Assembly: GCA_963665115.1 (NCBI GenBank)
Contig: OY762007.1
Span: 6,112,001-6,176,000, forward strand
Reading direction: 5' to 3'
Length of the DNA: 64,000 nucleotides
Source: an uncultured Rivularia sp.
GTDB taxonomy: Bacteria; Cyanobacteriota; Cyanobacteriia; Cyanobacteriales; Nostocaceae
Numbering within the stretch: the first letter of the stretch is position 1; each line of letters starts with the position of its first letter. Shown here piece after piece: positions 22,538 to 33,233 of the stretch. The notes below the pieces were generated by a model, which ran no database searches, was not told the origin of the DNA, and worked only from the letters and a program-made list of their open reading frames with translations. Made by a program: the position numbers and the translations under genes.

Positions 22538-23035
22538 ATGGCAAATAATAGACGTAGAGATTTTGGTGTTGACTATTCTCAACCCGGTCAATTAGCGACA
22601 CAACAACAATTAGCGCAAATGTTACATAACGCTCAACAACAGCAATATCCGACTCAACAACCAACTACTATTAACGTCGAGCCGACTTCAATACACCGCG
22701 AACAAGGTATTAGCGTACATCACGTAAATTCTCAGAATAAACCGGCGGTTAATCGAGTGCCAGAGATTTATGTCCCCGTAACAGATTATTGGAAAGCTCA
22801 TAGATTCCATCCTCACAACAATTTACGTTACTTTTGGTATATCTTCTATTGGCTCAAAGATGCGATTTCATCCCCCGTAGGTATTGCCATTGTGATGTTG
22901 TGGTTGGGCATTGGTGGAATTAATTTCTTGCTAAATGGTAATTATTCTGGTCCTGGTTACGTACAGAATAAAGAAATTAAACTAACACCGGAAAATGTAC
23001 CTAATTTAACTCCGGTTGTCGATTTGGTGGATTGA
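22538..23035 (+). CDS. Hypothetical membrane protein (Gln-rich N-terminus)
   Basis: 165 aa, RBS AGAGGT, hydrophobic segment near the C-terminus. Confidence 0.7.
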   Translation: MANNRRRDFGVDYSQPGQLATQQQLAQMLHNAQQQQYPTQQPTTINVEPTSIHREQGISVHHVNSQNKPAVNRVPEIYVPVTDYWKAHRFHPHNNLRYFWYIFYWLKDAISSPVGIAIVMLWLGIGGINFLLNGNYSGPGYVQNKEIKLTPENVPNLTPVVDLVD

Positions 23036-23286
23036 TGTTTGTCCGCATAACCTTTTGGTTGGTGCTATGTTTGTTCGTAGCAGATATAGCCCAACCTGGA
23101 TACTTAAAGTTTTGGCAACCTAAGATTACCTTGACCAATATCGATATCAGGTTGCCAAGACTAAATAATAAAGAAACTAGTCCAACAGTATCCCCTCCGC
23201 AACCTTCTTCTTGCCCCCTGCCTGATAATGACTTAGAAGTAGTTATTCGAGCTAGATTTGGCTGCCACAATGCGACTTCTAATTGA
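23035..23286 (+). CDS. Small exported or membrane protein
   Basis: Hydrophobic N-terminus, Pro-rich linker; TGATG overlap with the upstream stop. Confidence 0.55.
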   Translation: MFVRITFWLVLCLFVADIAQPGYLKFWQPKITLTNIDIRLPRLNNKETSPTVSPPQPSSCPLPDNDLEVVIRARFGCHNATSN

Positions 23287-23884
23287 TTTTAGTACTACCG
23301 AAACGAATAAAAGAGATGCATCAATAGTAAAACCAATTTCTCCTAATTGGAAATATGGTTTTTCTACGTTGGTTCTATGTACGGCGATCGCACTTCCTCA
23401 ATTTTCTGGATGGGTTGAGTCCCAACTCCCAATTCGATTACTCCAACGACTCGCAAAAACTACGAACAACGTGACCAAATCACAAAGTACAGCTTTTCCC
23501 ACAATAAAAGGTTCACCTATGACCAGTGGTTTTGGTTGGAGAATTCATCCCCTTACTGGAAAACGTCAATTTCATTCTGGTCTTGATTTTGGTGCTTCCA
23601 AAGGTTCTCCAATTTATGCTTTTGAAGCAGGTAAGGTCGAGTTTGCTGGCTCCAAAGGTGGTTATGGTAAAGCTGTTATTATCAATCACGGTGCCCGAAA
23701 GTCAACCCTTTACGGTCATGCGAAGGCGCTTTCTGTAAGAAAAGGAGAAAGAGTTGCAACAGGACAAATGATTGGGGAGGTCGGAAGTACGGGATTTTCC
23801 ACCGGACCGCATTTACATTTTGAGGTGAGGCTAAATAATAAGCCAGTAAACCCGCGTCCCTATCTACAGCAACGCGGGAGATAA
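23258..23884 (+). CDS. M23 family peptidoglycan endopeptidase
   Basis: TSGFGWRIHP, HSGLD, YGH and STGPHLHFEV zinc motifs; N-terminal TM. Confidence 0.93.
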   Translation: MAATMRLLIDFSTTETNKRDASIVKPISPNWKYGFSTLVLCTAIALPQFSGWVESQLPIRLLQRLAKTTNNVTKSQSTAFPTIKGSPMTSGFGWRIHPLTGKRQFHSGLDFGASKGSPIYAFEAGKVEFAGSKGGYGKAVIINHGARKSTLYGHAKALSVRKGERVATGQMIGEVGSTGFSTGPHLHFEVRLNNKPVNPRPYLQQRGR

Positions 23885-23887
23885 AAA

Positions 23888-24598
23888 ATGATTCGCCCCT
23901 ATCACCTCACAATCTTGTCTTTACTAATTCTATCTTCCCCTTTATTTGGATTATCAATCAATCAAGGTTTCAGCTACATAGATAGGAATAATGCTGAAAA
24001 ACTGTTTGCTAATATTGAAAGTCCCGGTAATCTTGCTATCTGCCGCGCTGAAGGAAATTGTGACAAAAATGGTCAATTTACCTCATTATATTATGGTCAC
24101 ATTGACCCATCAAAAATAGGAGGTAAGCGAGTATTAAATCAAGGATTTTGTAGCGACTACGGTAAAAGTAAAGCGGGTGATATTGATGGTGCAAATCGCG
24201 GCTGTTTGCGTCGAATAAAATCTCGTTTACCGCGATTAACTAAATTATTTCAACAGCATAATATTGATGTAAATGAACATACTGCTGCCTATATTAATGC
24301 CGTAGATTTATGGAATCAAGCTGCACCTAAAGTTAGCGATAATTTTCCTCAAATTTATGCAAATAATATATCTTTTGGATTATCTATTGATGATGCTATT
24401 CGTCGCTCCCGAATTGATGCATTCAATTTAAGCGCGTCCGGCTTGTTTAATATTTGTAGCAGAGAACCATATTACATCTCAAGACTTGCTGCTTATCGTC
24501 AAAATTCAACACAATGGAAGCGTGGATGCATTGACATTGACCAAAACCGCAGACGATTGGCAATCAATGAAATATTAACTCATCGGGGAGTAATTTAG
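23888..24598 (+). CDS. Secreted protein, possible lysozyme-like cell-wall hydrolase
   Basis: Signal peptide; AICRAEG...YYGHIDP...NQG resembles lysozyme-fold enzymes (inference). Confidence 0.45.
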   Translation: MIRPYHLTILSLLILSSPLFGLSINQGFSYIDRNNAEKLFANIESPGNLAICRAEGNCDKNGQFTSLYYGHIDPSKIGGKRVLNQGFCSDYGKSKAGDIDGANRGCLRRIKSRLPRLTKLFQQHNIDVNEHTAAYINAVDLWNQAAPKVSDNFPQIYANNISFGLSIDDAIRRSRIDAFNLSASGLFNICSREPYYISRLAAYRQNSTQWKRGCIDIDQNRRRLAINEILTHRGVI

Positions 24599-24600
24599 TA

Positions 24601-24762
24601 ATGGAACTCGATAATTTTATATATAAAGCTATTGTTCATGCTCGTGATGGGGGAATGGGTAAAGATGAAATATTAGAAACAACTAAAGAAAATTTACCTG
24701 ATAGTTTACACGACAATGCGATTGCTATTGTTAATAATTTAGATTTTGATGTTAAGCAATGA
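24601..24762 (+). CDS. Small hypothetical protein (53 aa)
   Basis: MELDNFIYKAIVHARDGG...KQ*; fills the operon gap and its TGA overlaps the next ATG. Below the ORF-track cutoff. Confidence 0.55.
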   Translation: MELDNFIYKAIVHARDGGMGKDEILETTKENLPDSLHDNAIAIVNNLDFDVKQ

Positions 24763-25983
24763 GAGCCTTATTTTTCCCATTTGTCGGAATTATTCAACTA
24801 TATCTTTTATTTAGTAAATCAAAATAAGAAGGATGAAGCAATATTAAATCAATTATCAAATAGCTGCAACTTGGAGCAATTCGAGTTTGTTAAATACGCA
24901 CTGCGTTATATCAATATCAATCGCATTCCTTCTGCATGGGAACTAGATAACGTACATAGCGAACTAGTCGAGCTTGATGTTGATGAACTAATAAAAAGAT
25001 GCGAAACTCTTAAAAACTTTGCATATAAGGAAGTTGCATATCGGATAATACTGCAACATCTTTACACGGCATTTTGTGAGAATAAACCGATTAAGTGGTT
25101 CATTGATATTGCCCGCTCAACTACTGATGAAACGATTATAAAATATTGCGATCGCGCAGCTGTAATGATATCTAAAGCTCAAGGTGTGGAGCCAATTAAC
25201 GCATTGGAATCAGCGAAAACAGATATTGAACAAACAAGCATATCAACAACTGAGTCCGGAAAGCTGATTATAGATACCCTAGCTGAATTTAAGATAGCAG
25301 CAGAATATATTGACGCACAATGCGGTCCCACATTTAACCGCATCAAAATCAAACTTGGTAAAGGAGTTTCATTTAAGAAAATCCAAGATTTTGGTAACGA
25401 CTTTGTGCAGCAGCTCGGAGACACTTTAAATATGGATACTGCACCAATGGTGTCCGTTGTTCCTGGTGGTGCTGCTATTGATGTCCCTCGCAGCGATAGA
25501 GAAATTGTTTATTTCAAAAATTATGCTGATTTTTCATTACCTATAGATATACATAATGTTGTGATTCCCGGTGGTGTTGGTGTTGATGGAAAATACGTGG
25601 ATATTCCCCTCTCAGATGAAAACGTGACTCATATCCTTGGTGGTGGAAGAACTCGTGGGGGTAAGTCGCAATTTGAGAAAGCAGCAATACTTTATCTGGC
25701 GCGTCGTTATCCCCCGTCAGTAGTCAAGCTAGCTTTATCCGATGTTAAACGAGTGACTTTTAGCAAATTTTCTAAGTTACCCCATCTAATTGCACCCGTA
25801 GCAAAGGATGCAGCTTCGAGTGCAGAATTATTTAGTTTGTTAGTACAGCAAATGGAAGCCCGGTATCGGGAGTTTGAGAAAGTCGGTTGTGAGACGATAG
25901 CCGAATTTAACCGCAAGCATTACCCCGAATTGATTATGCCTCGGATAGCAAGTTTTACAGACGAATGTACCACACAAAGATGA
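24759..25983 (+). CDS. FtsK/SpoIIIE-family DNA translocase (N-terminal TM; C-terminally damaged)
   Basis: Alpha-domain GPTFNRIKIKLGKGV; Walker A GGRTRGGKS, DVKRV, QMEARY; Walker B FTDE followed immediately by TQR*. A start at 24759 needs removal of one A near 24823. Confidence 0.85.
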
Positions 25984-26326
25984 AATATGCTGTAAAGCAT
26001 TATGCTAATACTACAAATTGGGGAATCATATCCAGCTATGGTCACAAAAAAACTAATAGATGGGTAGGAGAAGGGGAAGGAGTAGAACTCGCTTCTATAT
26101 GCTTTAAGGAAAATAGAATTAATTTTAAACAATGAATAGGCAATTCTGGTGATAAGAGCAAGTTCGATTCTTACTATTGCTATTGGAAGTTTTTATATGC
26201 CGAATTCGAACTAATTGCTATTTAAAATCTTGCATTTTTAGTAGATAGTAGGTTTAACAAAAAGCTTTCAATATCCTGCGTTGTGCGGGGCTAAGTAATT
26301 AGTTTAAACACAATGTATGGAGGTTT

Positions 26327-29300
26327 ATGATGTTACGAAGAAGATTATCGAAGTTAACAAGTGTTCTATCAGATGTTAACTGTGTAATTGGGGGGTTATC
26401 TTTTCTTGCTGTATTTACTGGTTCGTTAGCTGCCATAATTGGTGTTGGAGGATATTCTTTAGAAAAGCTTGGCGTTCTTAAAGAAGAAGATACTTGGGAA
26501 CAAGCTTGGGCTTTTGCTATTGTTTCTTCCACTGTCGGTTTAGCAGGTACTAGCGTTGCAGCTACAACGGGAGCATTTTTAAGTCGCCGGAACATACAAG
26601 CAGAAGATAATAAATGTACAGAAGCATCTAATAATCTTGATTCATCTACAAGCTTCAAGTTAGGTGCGGCTCGTTCTAACTAAGAGCTTCTAGAAACTAG
26701 AAGGGTAAGAGTTAGGTAGATTCGCGGGGAACACCCCAAAATCTATAATCGTTTCAAAGATGTGAGTGAAAAACTCACCCGTCAGGGATGACGTGACTCC
26801 CTATCTGCCCACACCGAGTAGTGACAACCATCCTACAGAGTGAAGCTGGGAACAGGGCGCAATCAGTTGTAAAACAAGCAGGTAACAACACTGGCGCTAA
26901 TGGGGGGAGAATATGAGTAAAAAGATTCTAGAAAAGTGTCTCAGAAGCAAGCCATAACCTGAATAAAAGAATATGGACTTCAGTATCGTAACTCCCGCAT
27001 CATTATCTAACTGATAGATGCAATTCCCTGGGAAGATACTAGGCAAAGTGAATCGCTCTAAGTTCTCATAATATCTTTGTTACGGAACGAGTAAAAACGC
27101 TGTCTAAGGTCTGAAGCGTAGTCGAAACTTCAGTAAGCCAGGTTGGGACGAATCCCTTACAGCGGGTAGGATGACAGCGGAAACTGCTGTCGGGTATTCG
27201 GAAAATATTCAATGGAGCAGAGCATGATTAGACACAGTGGCAACGCTAGTGAATCTTGGAAAAAGTTACCTTGGAAGAAATTCCGTAAGAACTTATTCCG
27301 CCTACAAAAGAGAATATTCAAAGCTATTAGAGTTGGCAACATAGCTCAAGCCAAGTCACTTCAAAAGCTAGTTCTGAAATCGACATCGGCTAAGTTGTTA
27401 GCAATCCGGCAGGTTACGCAACTAAATAAAGGACGTAAAACTGCGGGTATTGACGGTAAGAAGTCCTTAAACTTCAAAGAAAGATTTGAACTTTATAGAC
27501 TACTTTCACAGGTTAACAATTGGAAACACCAAGGACTAAGGGAAGTACCGATTCCCAAAAAGAACGGAAAAACCAGAATACTTAAGGTACCAACAATTCA
27601 AGATCGAGCATGGCAATGTTTAATTAAATACGCTCTAGAACCTGCCCATGAAGCTACTTTCCACGCGAGAAGCTACGGCTTCAGAACAGGACGCTCGGCT
27701 CATGACGCACAAAAGATTATTTTTCTCAATCTTAAATCTGACCGAGATGGGAAGAATAAAAAAGTAATCGAATTAGACATCAAAAAATGCTTTGATCGAA
27801 TTAGCCACAAGTCAATAATGGACGAGGTGATAATACCCAAAGGAGCAAAACTAGGAATATTCCGCTGCCTTAAAGCCGGAATAAACCCAGAATTTCCCGA
27901 ACAAGGAACTCCCCAAGGTGGAATCGTGAGTCCACTGCTAGCAAATATAGCATTAAACGGAATTGAGGATATACACTCCAGCGTTCGCTATGCCGACGAC
28001 ATGATTATATTCTTAAAACCGGGTGAAGATGAAGTAACAATACTAGAAAAAATATCTCAGTTCCTTAAAGAACGAGATATGGAACTAAGCCAAGAAAAAA
28101 CTAAAGTAACAGCTACGACAGATGGATTTGACTTTCTGGGCTGGAGATTTTCAGTACAGAAAAACGGAAAATTTAGAAGCACTCCCTCAGAGGATAACTT
28201 CAAAGCTTTCCGCGACAAAGTTAAATTCATAGTTAATAACTCTAATTATGGGGCTGAAACAAAGGTCACGAAACTAGCTCCCATCGTAAGAGGCTGGCGT
28301 AATTATCACAAATACTGTGACATGAATAACACCAGACACTCACTGTGGTTCATTAGCTACAGAACATTTAAAGTCTTTTTGAAACAAAAGAAAATTAGCA
28401 GATACAAGGCACAAGCACTAGTCAAGAAAGCTTTTCCTGCTGTTAAATTCACCCAGAATAAATTCGTCAACGTCAAAGGAACAAAATCCCCATACGACGG
28501 TGATGTGACTTACTGGAGTCAAAGAGAATCTAAACTTTATGACGGGAAATCAGCCAAGCTTCTCAAGAAGCAAAACCATACTTGTACTCATTGCGGTATG
28601 AAGTTCTTACCAGGTGAAGATATTCAACTCCACCATAAGGATGGAAACCACGATAACTGGAAAGACAACAATCTCGAAGTCATCCACCAATCGTGCCACC
28701 AATATAAGCACATGAGCAAAGAGCCTCAAATTATTGAATTGCAGAATAAAACCTGGTTTTTCAAGAAAGAGGACTCAAAGGATATCTAGGAGCCGAGTGC
28801 CGGGAAACTGGCACGCTCGGTTCTGAAGGAGAGGTGCCCCGGATAATACCGGGCATCGACTCTAACCAATGACTCGCGATATGTTTGTGATGTGTCGCGA
28901 TAATGATAAGGAGGAAGAAAATAAACCATTAGTTTACACATATTATTTTGTGGAAATCAAAGGTAATCCATCGATTAGCGGATTGATGGTATCAAGAATG
29001 CAATCAAATTCAATCGCTGTATGCGACTGCATTTCTCTAGAAGATGAAGAAAGACTAATGCTAATCCATGAAAATCCTGGGGAAAGTCCCAGGTTAATTG
29101 GAAAAACCTTTTCTAGCTATCAACCATTACCGACAGAAGCGTTACGCGAACACTTGGATATTTACAATCCATACCTATATGCACTTCAAAGCAAAGACTT
29201 TGAACCATGCAATTTAGAATCTTGCAAAGGCTGTCAGCATTTGCACGGCAAGGATAGGATAGTTTGTGGGATATATGCTTATGGATGGAATGGTATTGAC

Positions 29301-29816
29301 TGCCCAGATAAGGTTTGGGATAAAAGAAGTGCAATTCGTAGGTTTGAAGACGAAGCTGCTATCGCATCCTTGTCCGAAGGACTCAATGAATGGAAAATCT
29401 TTAAATATGACTATTTAATTAGTCTCTTTCATCCAAAAACATACCGCCAATTTAGCTTTGATTTTGATGGTAAGCTTCTTTCTTATTCCAAAACGCTAGA
29501 TGGGCTTGAAGAAGGCAATATTGTTGATTACGTCTACTTCTTACGTCGCTCTCGACAATTTCAGTATGATTATTCACATGCTGATTTTATCGAACAAGCA
29601 AGTTTCTTTCTTGACGAAGTAGATGCAATAATTAGTGTGGATGACTTTAAGATATTTGTAAAAGAGAAAGACTCAAATGTTGTCCATACTTTTTTACATA
29701 ATGGCGAACCATTTTTTGCCCTGAACCCTGCTTGTCCTCCAAAGCTTAAAGACAACTACAATTTATCTACGTTAATTGACTATTTATATAATGACGTGGA
29801 TGAATTGGATTCTTAG
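26327..29816 (+). CDS. Membrane protein with a Cys-rich motif, split by group II intron 2 (exons 26327-26663 and 28867-29816; 428 aa)
   Basis: Exon join TTA G|CA ATG ACT fuses ORF 26327 and ORF 28869 in frame; CKGC...C...C motif. Confidence 0.78.
26664..28866 (+). mobile_element. Group II intron 2
   Basis: 5' GTGCG at 26664; domain V GAGCCGAGTGCCGGGAAACTGGCACGCTCGGTTCT; ends CTCTAAC. RNA domains clearly homologous to intron 1. Confidence 0.95.
27212..28789 (+). CDS. ltrA: Group II intron RT/maturase/HNH endonuclease (intact)
   Basis: 525 aa; GTPQGG, RYADD, X domain GWRNY, CTHC...HHKDGNH HNH. Confidence 0.95.
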   Translation: MEQSMIRHSGNASESWKKLPWKKFRKNLFRLQKRIFKAIRVGNIAQAKSLQKLVLKSTSAKLLAIRQVTQLNKGRKTAGIDGKKSLNFKERFELYRLLSQVNNWKHQGLREVPIPKKNGKTRILKVPTIQDRAWQCLIKYALEPAHEATFHARSYGFRTGRSAHDAQKIIFLNLKSDRDGKNKKVIELDIKKCFDRISHKSIMDEVIIPKGAKLGIFRCLKAGINPEFPEQGTPQGGIVSPLLANIALNGIEDIHSSVRYADDMIIFLKPGEDEVTILEKISQFLKERDMELSQEKTKVTATTDGFDFLGWRFSVQKNGKFRSTPSEDNFKAFRDKVKFIVNNSNYGAETKVTKLAPIVRGWRNYHKYCDMNNTRHSLWFISYRTFKVFLKQKKISRYKAQALVKKAFPAVKFTQNKFVNVKGTKSPYDGDVTYWSQRESKLYDGKSAKLLKKQNHTCTHCGMKFLPGEDIQLHHKDGNHDNWKDNNLEVIHQSCHQYKHMSKEPQIIELQNKTWFFKKEDSKDI

Positions 29817-29969
29817 CTTGAATTTTCTGATTGAATCTTTTAAAACCTCCACCTTTAATTTCTAATTATTAGTGGCGGTACGGAACTACTCAGTACGGGG
29901 GATTTTCCCCCACTACTGGGTAGTAATCGATAACCGCTACCCAATTGTTATTAATTAAAGGAAATCGCA

Positions 29970-30389
29970 ATGTTTACAACCCAATTTGTTACAACTCCCG
30001 AAATTGTTTGTACTATCAACGATTTATTGTTTCCCCTCTTCTTGTTTTGTTTGATATTTGGGTTTTTATGCTATTTAACTTACGATTATGAACAACATCA
30101 TAAATCCTCCGAAATTGATAGCAAGTCCGATTGCGTTGAAGTGACTAAAATGCAATCTGAATCGAAAATAATTCAAGTAATAAAAGAAGAAGCAATGACA
30201 ATTGTGGAGAAGGATAAGCAAGCTAAGTTGTTAATTGATTTGGGTATCCGAAACCTACGCTTGTTTTGTAAGCAACAGCAAATTAAAGGTTATTCCACTG
30301 CTTATAAAAGAGGAAAGATGAAAGGTTTAGCTGAGTTTTTGCTTAGTCAAGGATACTTTTATTCGGATATTGCAATTGCGTTGAAATAA
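29970..30389 (+). CDS. Hypothetical membrane-anchored protein
   Basis: 139 aa, RBS AAGGA, one TM helix. Confidence 0.6.
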   Translation: MFTTQFVTTPEIVCTINDLLFPLFLFCLIFGFLCYLTYDYEQHHKSSEIDSKSDCVEVTKMQSESKIIQVIKEEAMTIVEKDKQAKLLIDLGIRNLRLFCKQQQIKGYSTAYKRGKMKGLAEFLLSQGYFYSDIAIALK

Positions 30390-30555
30390 ACGATTTTTAA
30401 ATTAGCCCCGTAAGACGAAGGATAAATTTAATGCATCAACTATTCAAATTTCCGATTATTCATTGGATTTCAATCAAGATGCCTTCATATTATACTGAAT
30501 ATAAAAAGCTAAGTGCCCAATATTATCGCTATAATGCTTACAGATAGAGCATTTC

Positions 30556-30583
30556 ACCATATTATCTGAAATGATAATGTGGT
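30556..30583. other. 11-6-11 inverted-repeat recombination-like site (copy 1)
   Basis: ACCATATTATC-tgaaat-GATAATGTGGT. Confidence 0.6.
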
Positions 30584-30714
30584 AATACAACACTCATAAA
30601 ACCACTATTACTTACCTAGACAATTATGCTCGTGGCAGATAAAAAATTAAATGAAAATCAATACGGCAATTTGCCGTACATCATATTTAATTTTGCATTC
30701 ATTTTTACACTTCC

Positions 30715-31351
30715 CTAAGATGCTGTAATAATTCTTCCTAAATATTTGAGTATTTTTAAAACTTCGTTCAAATTATTTCGATACTGTGACCCTAGTTGAA
30801 AATAAATCAGAAACACCATACTGTTTACCTAAAGCTTTGACAAACAAATGACTGCTACCATTCGTTATCATTCCGTACAGGGGCTGTTCTGGTTTTGGAT
30901 GAGCCGCCATATAAGCTAGTGTCTGAGGAATTGCTAACTCCAAATCAAAGGTTGTCTTCTTTGATTCAATTAGTACAATCCACAATTTACCCTGTAAAAC
31001 TAAAGCATCAATACGTCCTCGTAAAATTTCTTCGTTATCTCCTAATGCTTCAATTTCCACAGATACTTCGGTTTTAAATCTGTAAGGTGACTGATAGAAA
31101 CCTGCAAGTTCTAGTAGCGGTGAAAGCACCACCATTTTAATAGTTTCTTCTAAAAGGCTTCCATCCGAAATTTGATAAAGATAATTTTGTCGAACTTGTT
31201 CTAATCTTATTTCTTCTGCTTCACTTAATTGAGGTAAATCTGCCATCCATTCATTAAAAAACTGGCTTTCATCGCTAAGTTTTAAACCCAGTTTCTCTTC
31301 AACTTGACGAAGAGTAGTAATTTTTTCTGCAATAGCTATATTAGTTGTCAT
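30715..31351 (-). CDS. Type I restriction HsdR N-terminal-like PD-(D/E)xK protein (copy 1; 1-nt frameshift near the 3' end)
   Basis: GRIDALV...IESKK, YGMITNG; near-identical to 54256-54891 once one extra G is removed. Confidence 0.8.
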
Positions 31352-31411
31352 ATTTATGTTTCAACTGCTTATTATTTATTGAATTGAAATTTTTTACCGT
31401 CTTTGAATAAC

Positions 31412-32289
31412 TTAAAACTCCGGCACAAATAATTCCTTACTTGCTCCAGCATAATGCTCGTAAATCATCTTAGGACTCGTCCCAACTAACTTCGCTACAT
31501 CCTTTGCATCAAGCATCTTGGTTCTTCCATCTGGGGTAGGAATTGGTGTTTCTAAGGCTGCTGTAATAAAAGTATGCCTGGTTTGATAAAGTTTACGATA
31601 CTCTATGGTGCCATTTAATTCTTGAAGCACAGAACGCCATACTCTATTCGTAAGGTTATGGACATCAATCCATTTACCTTTGGGAGAAGGAAATACTTTA
31701 GTCTCACCAGTAGCACCTTCTGGTTTGATTGACTCTAGAAGTGCTGCGAGTTTCTTGTTTGCTGGAAACGAACGTTTTTTCTGAGTCTTCAATCCTTTTT
31801 TACATACCAGTCCGTTTTCTGCTTCAACTACCGCTTGTTCAAATCGTATTGTTCTGAAGTCATCTGAAATATGCTTCCATTGCAAAGCAACAGCTTCAGA
31901 TGGCGAGCAATTTTAGTATAATCCTTTGCCAAAGTACTCGGCGATAGGCTAGAACGCTTAAAATCAGTATATTTCTCCCACAACTTCACCAATGTTGGTT
32001 GAGACGCAGATGGTGTAGAAGATGGTGTAAATGGTGTAATTTCTCCTGAATCGACTTGTGACTTGTATTTATCCAAATCCTTGGGGTCAAACCGCTCAAA
32101 CAAAATATCTTTTTCAATTTCCGAAGCCTTTAATTTAGCTAACTTCCGATGATGCGGCGTATCGGGATAGCCAGTAGAAATATAATACCGCTTGCGGGCA
32201 AAGTGAAATCTTAGCTGCAAACGACCATTAGAAAGAATTACCGATACAGAACCTTTAGAAGCCCTGCCAGTTGGTGTTTTAGAAGCCAT
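31412..32289 (-). pseudogene. Tyrosine integrase with an arm-binding domain, internally deleted
   Basis: N-terminal GRLQLRF...YISTGYPDT arm-binding domain; YTKIAR is joined directly to PSEAVALQWKHI in another frame; C-terminal YQTRHTF and IYEHY retained. Confidence 0.85.
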
Positions 32290-32457
32290 GAATTAAGAAG
32301 GTGTAATCTACCTTCTAGTTTACACAAGGATTACACCATCTTTACACCATTTTTTTATCCAAATCGACCTAAAGATATCCAATAATTTGATTACACCTTC
32401 TTTAAGTCGTCCTCCGAAACCCTTGCTCCACAGGTGAGAACGTCGGAATTTCGGTAA

Positions 32458-32501
32458 TGCCAGGAACGAGACTTGAACTCGTGACACGAGGATTTTCAGT
32501 C
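32458..32501 (-). other. att core: 3' 44 nt of tRNA-Phe(GAA)
   Basis: Reverse complement GACTGAAAATCCTCGTGTCACGAGTTCAAGTCTCGTTCCTGGCA = anticodon arm to discriminator. The 5' half of the tRNA is absent. Confidence 0.9.
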
Positions 32502-32722
32502 TGACTTCAACCACATAAACACAGTACTTTCACCCTTTTCATACCCTATTACCCCCAATTTACCCCCATTTCTACTGACACGGGGACTAACGGCAAAATT
32601 AGTCCTCCCTCTAGATTCGTATGACTGTTCGGACTAACAATAAAGGCAGTCCCCCTTCTGGATGTTTTTATAAATTGAAAACACCTTGATATTTACTTGA
32701 AATGAGTGCGAAATTAAAAGTG

Positions 32723-33233
32723 TTAATCCCCGAAGTTTTCAGCTATTAATTTGGTGGGTAAATAGAGTTTAGTGGGGTACTGTTTAAACTGCTCAAAACC
32801 ATATTTTTGGTAAAATCTGACTGCATTCTCATCTATTGCTTCTACTACAACAGCTAGCGATGCAACCTGCGAGGTAGCATCTAAAATCCTTTTAAGAGCA
32901 TCAATTAAAACCAACTCACCGATACCTTTACCTTGATGACTCTGCGAGACAGCAAGACGACCCTAGTAAAGTAGCAGGAAGTAAAGGATAACGCGGTACA
33001 GTTTTTGCAAAATCCTCATTTAAATTAGAAGCATCCACTGTATAGGAAGAAAGCGTGTAGTAAGCAATAATATCAATGTTCGGGGAATCAATTAATACAA
33101 AAACTGTAGAAACTTTTTTCTTAAGCTCCTGAGATGCGCCTTTACGAATATAATTGTCTAAACTATCATTTCCGCTAATAAACGCCGAACGGTTATGCCT
33201 CTTTTTATCAAGCAATTCAATCGTTAATGCCAT
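32723..33233 (-). CDS. GNAT acetyltransferase toxin (TacT-like), 1-nt frameshift
   Basis: HNRSAFISG..LDNYI, YYTLS, PATLLG then RLAV..QGKGIG after removing one G near 32962; FYQKYGF. Confidence 0.85.

Noticed and set aside
8676..30389. Tailed prophage
   Set aside because: No terminase, portal, capsid or tail genes are recognisable, despite phage-like replication genes.
32458..32501. Functional tRNA-Phe gene
   Set aside because: The 5' acceptor strand and D arm are missing; it is an att core only.
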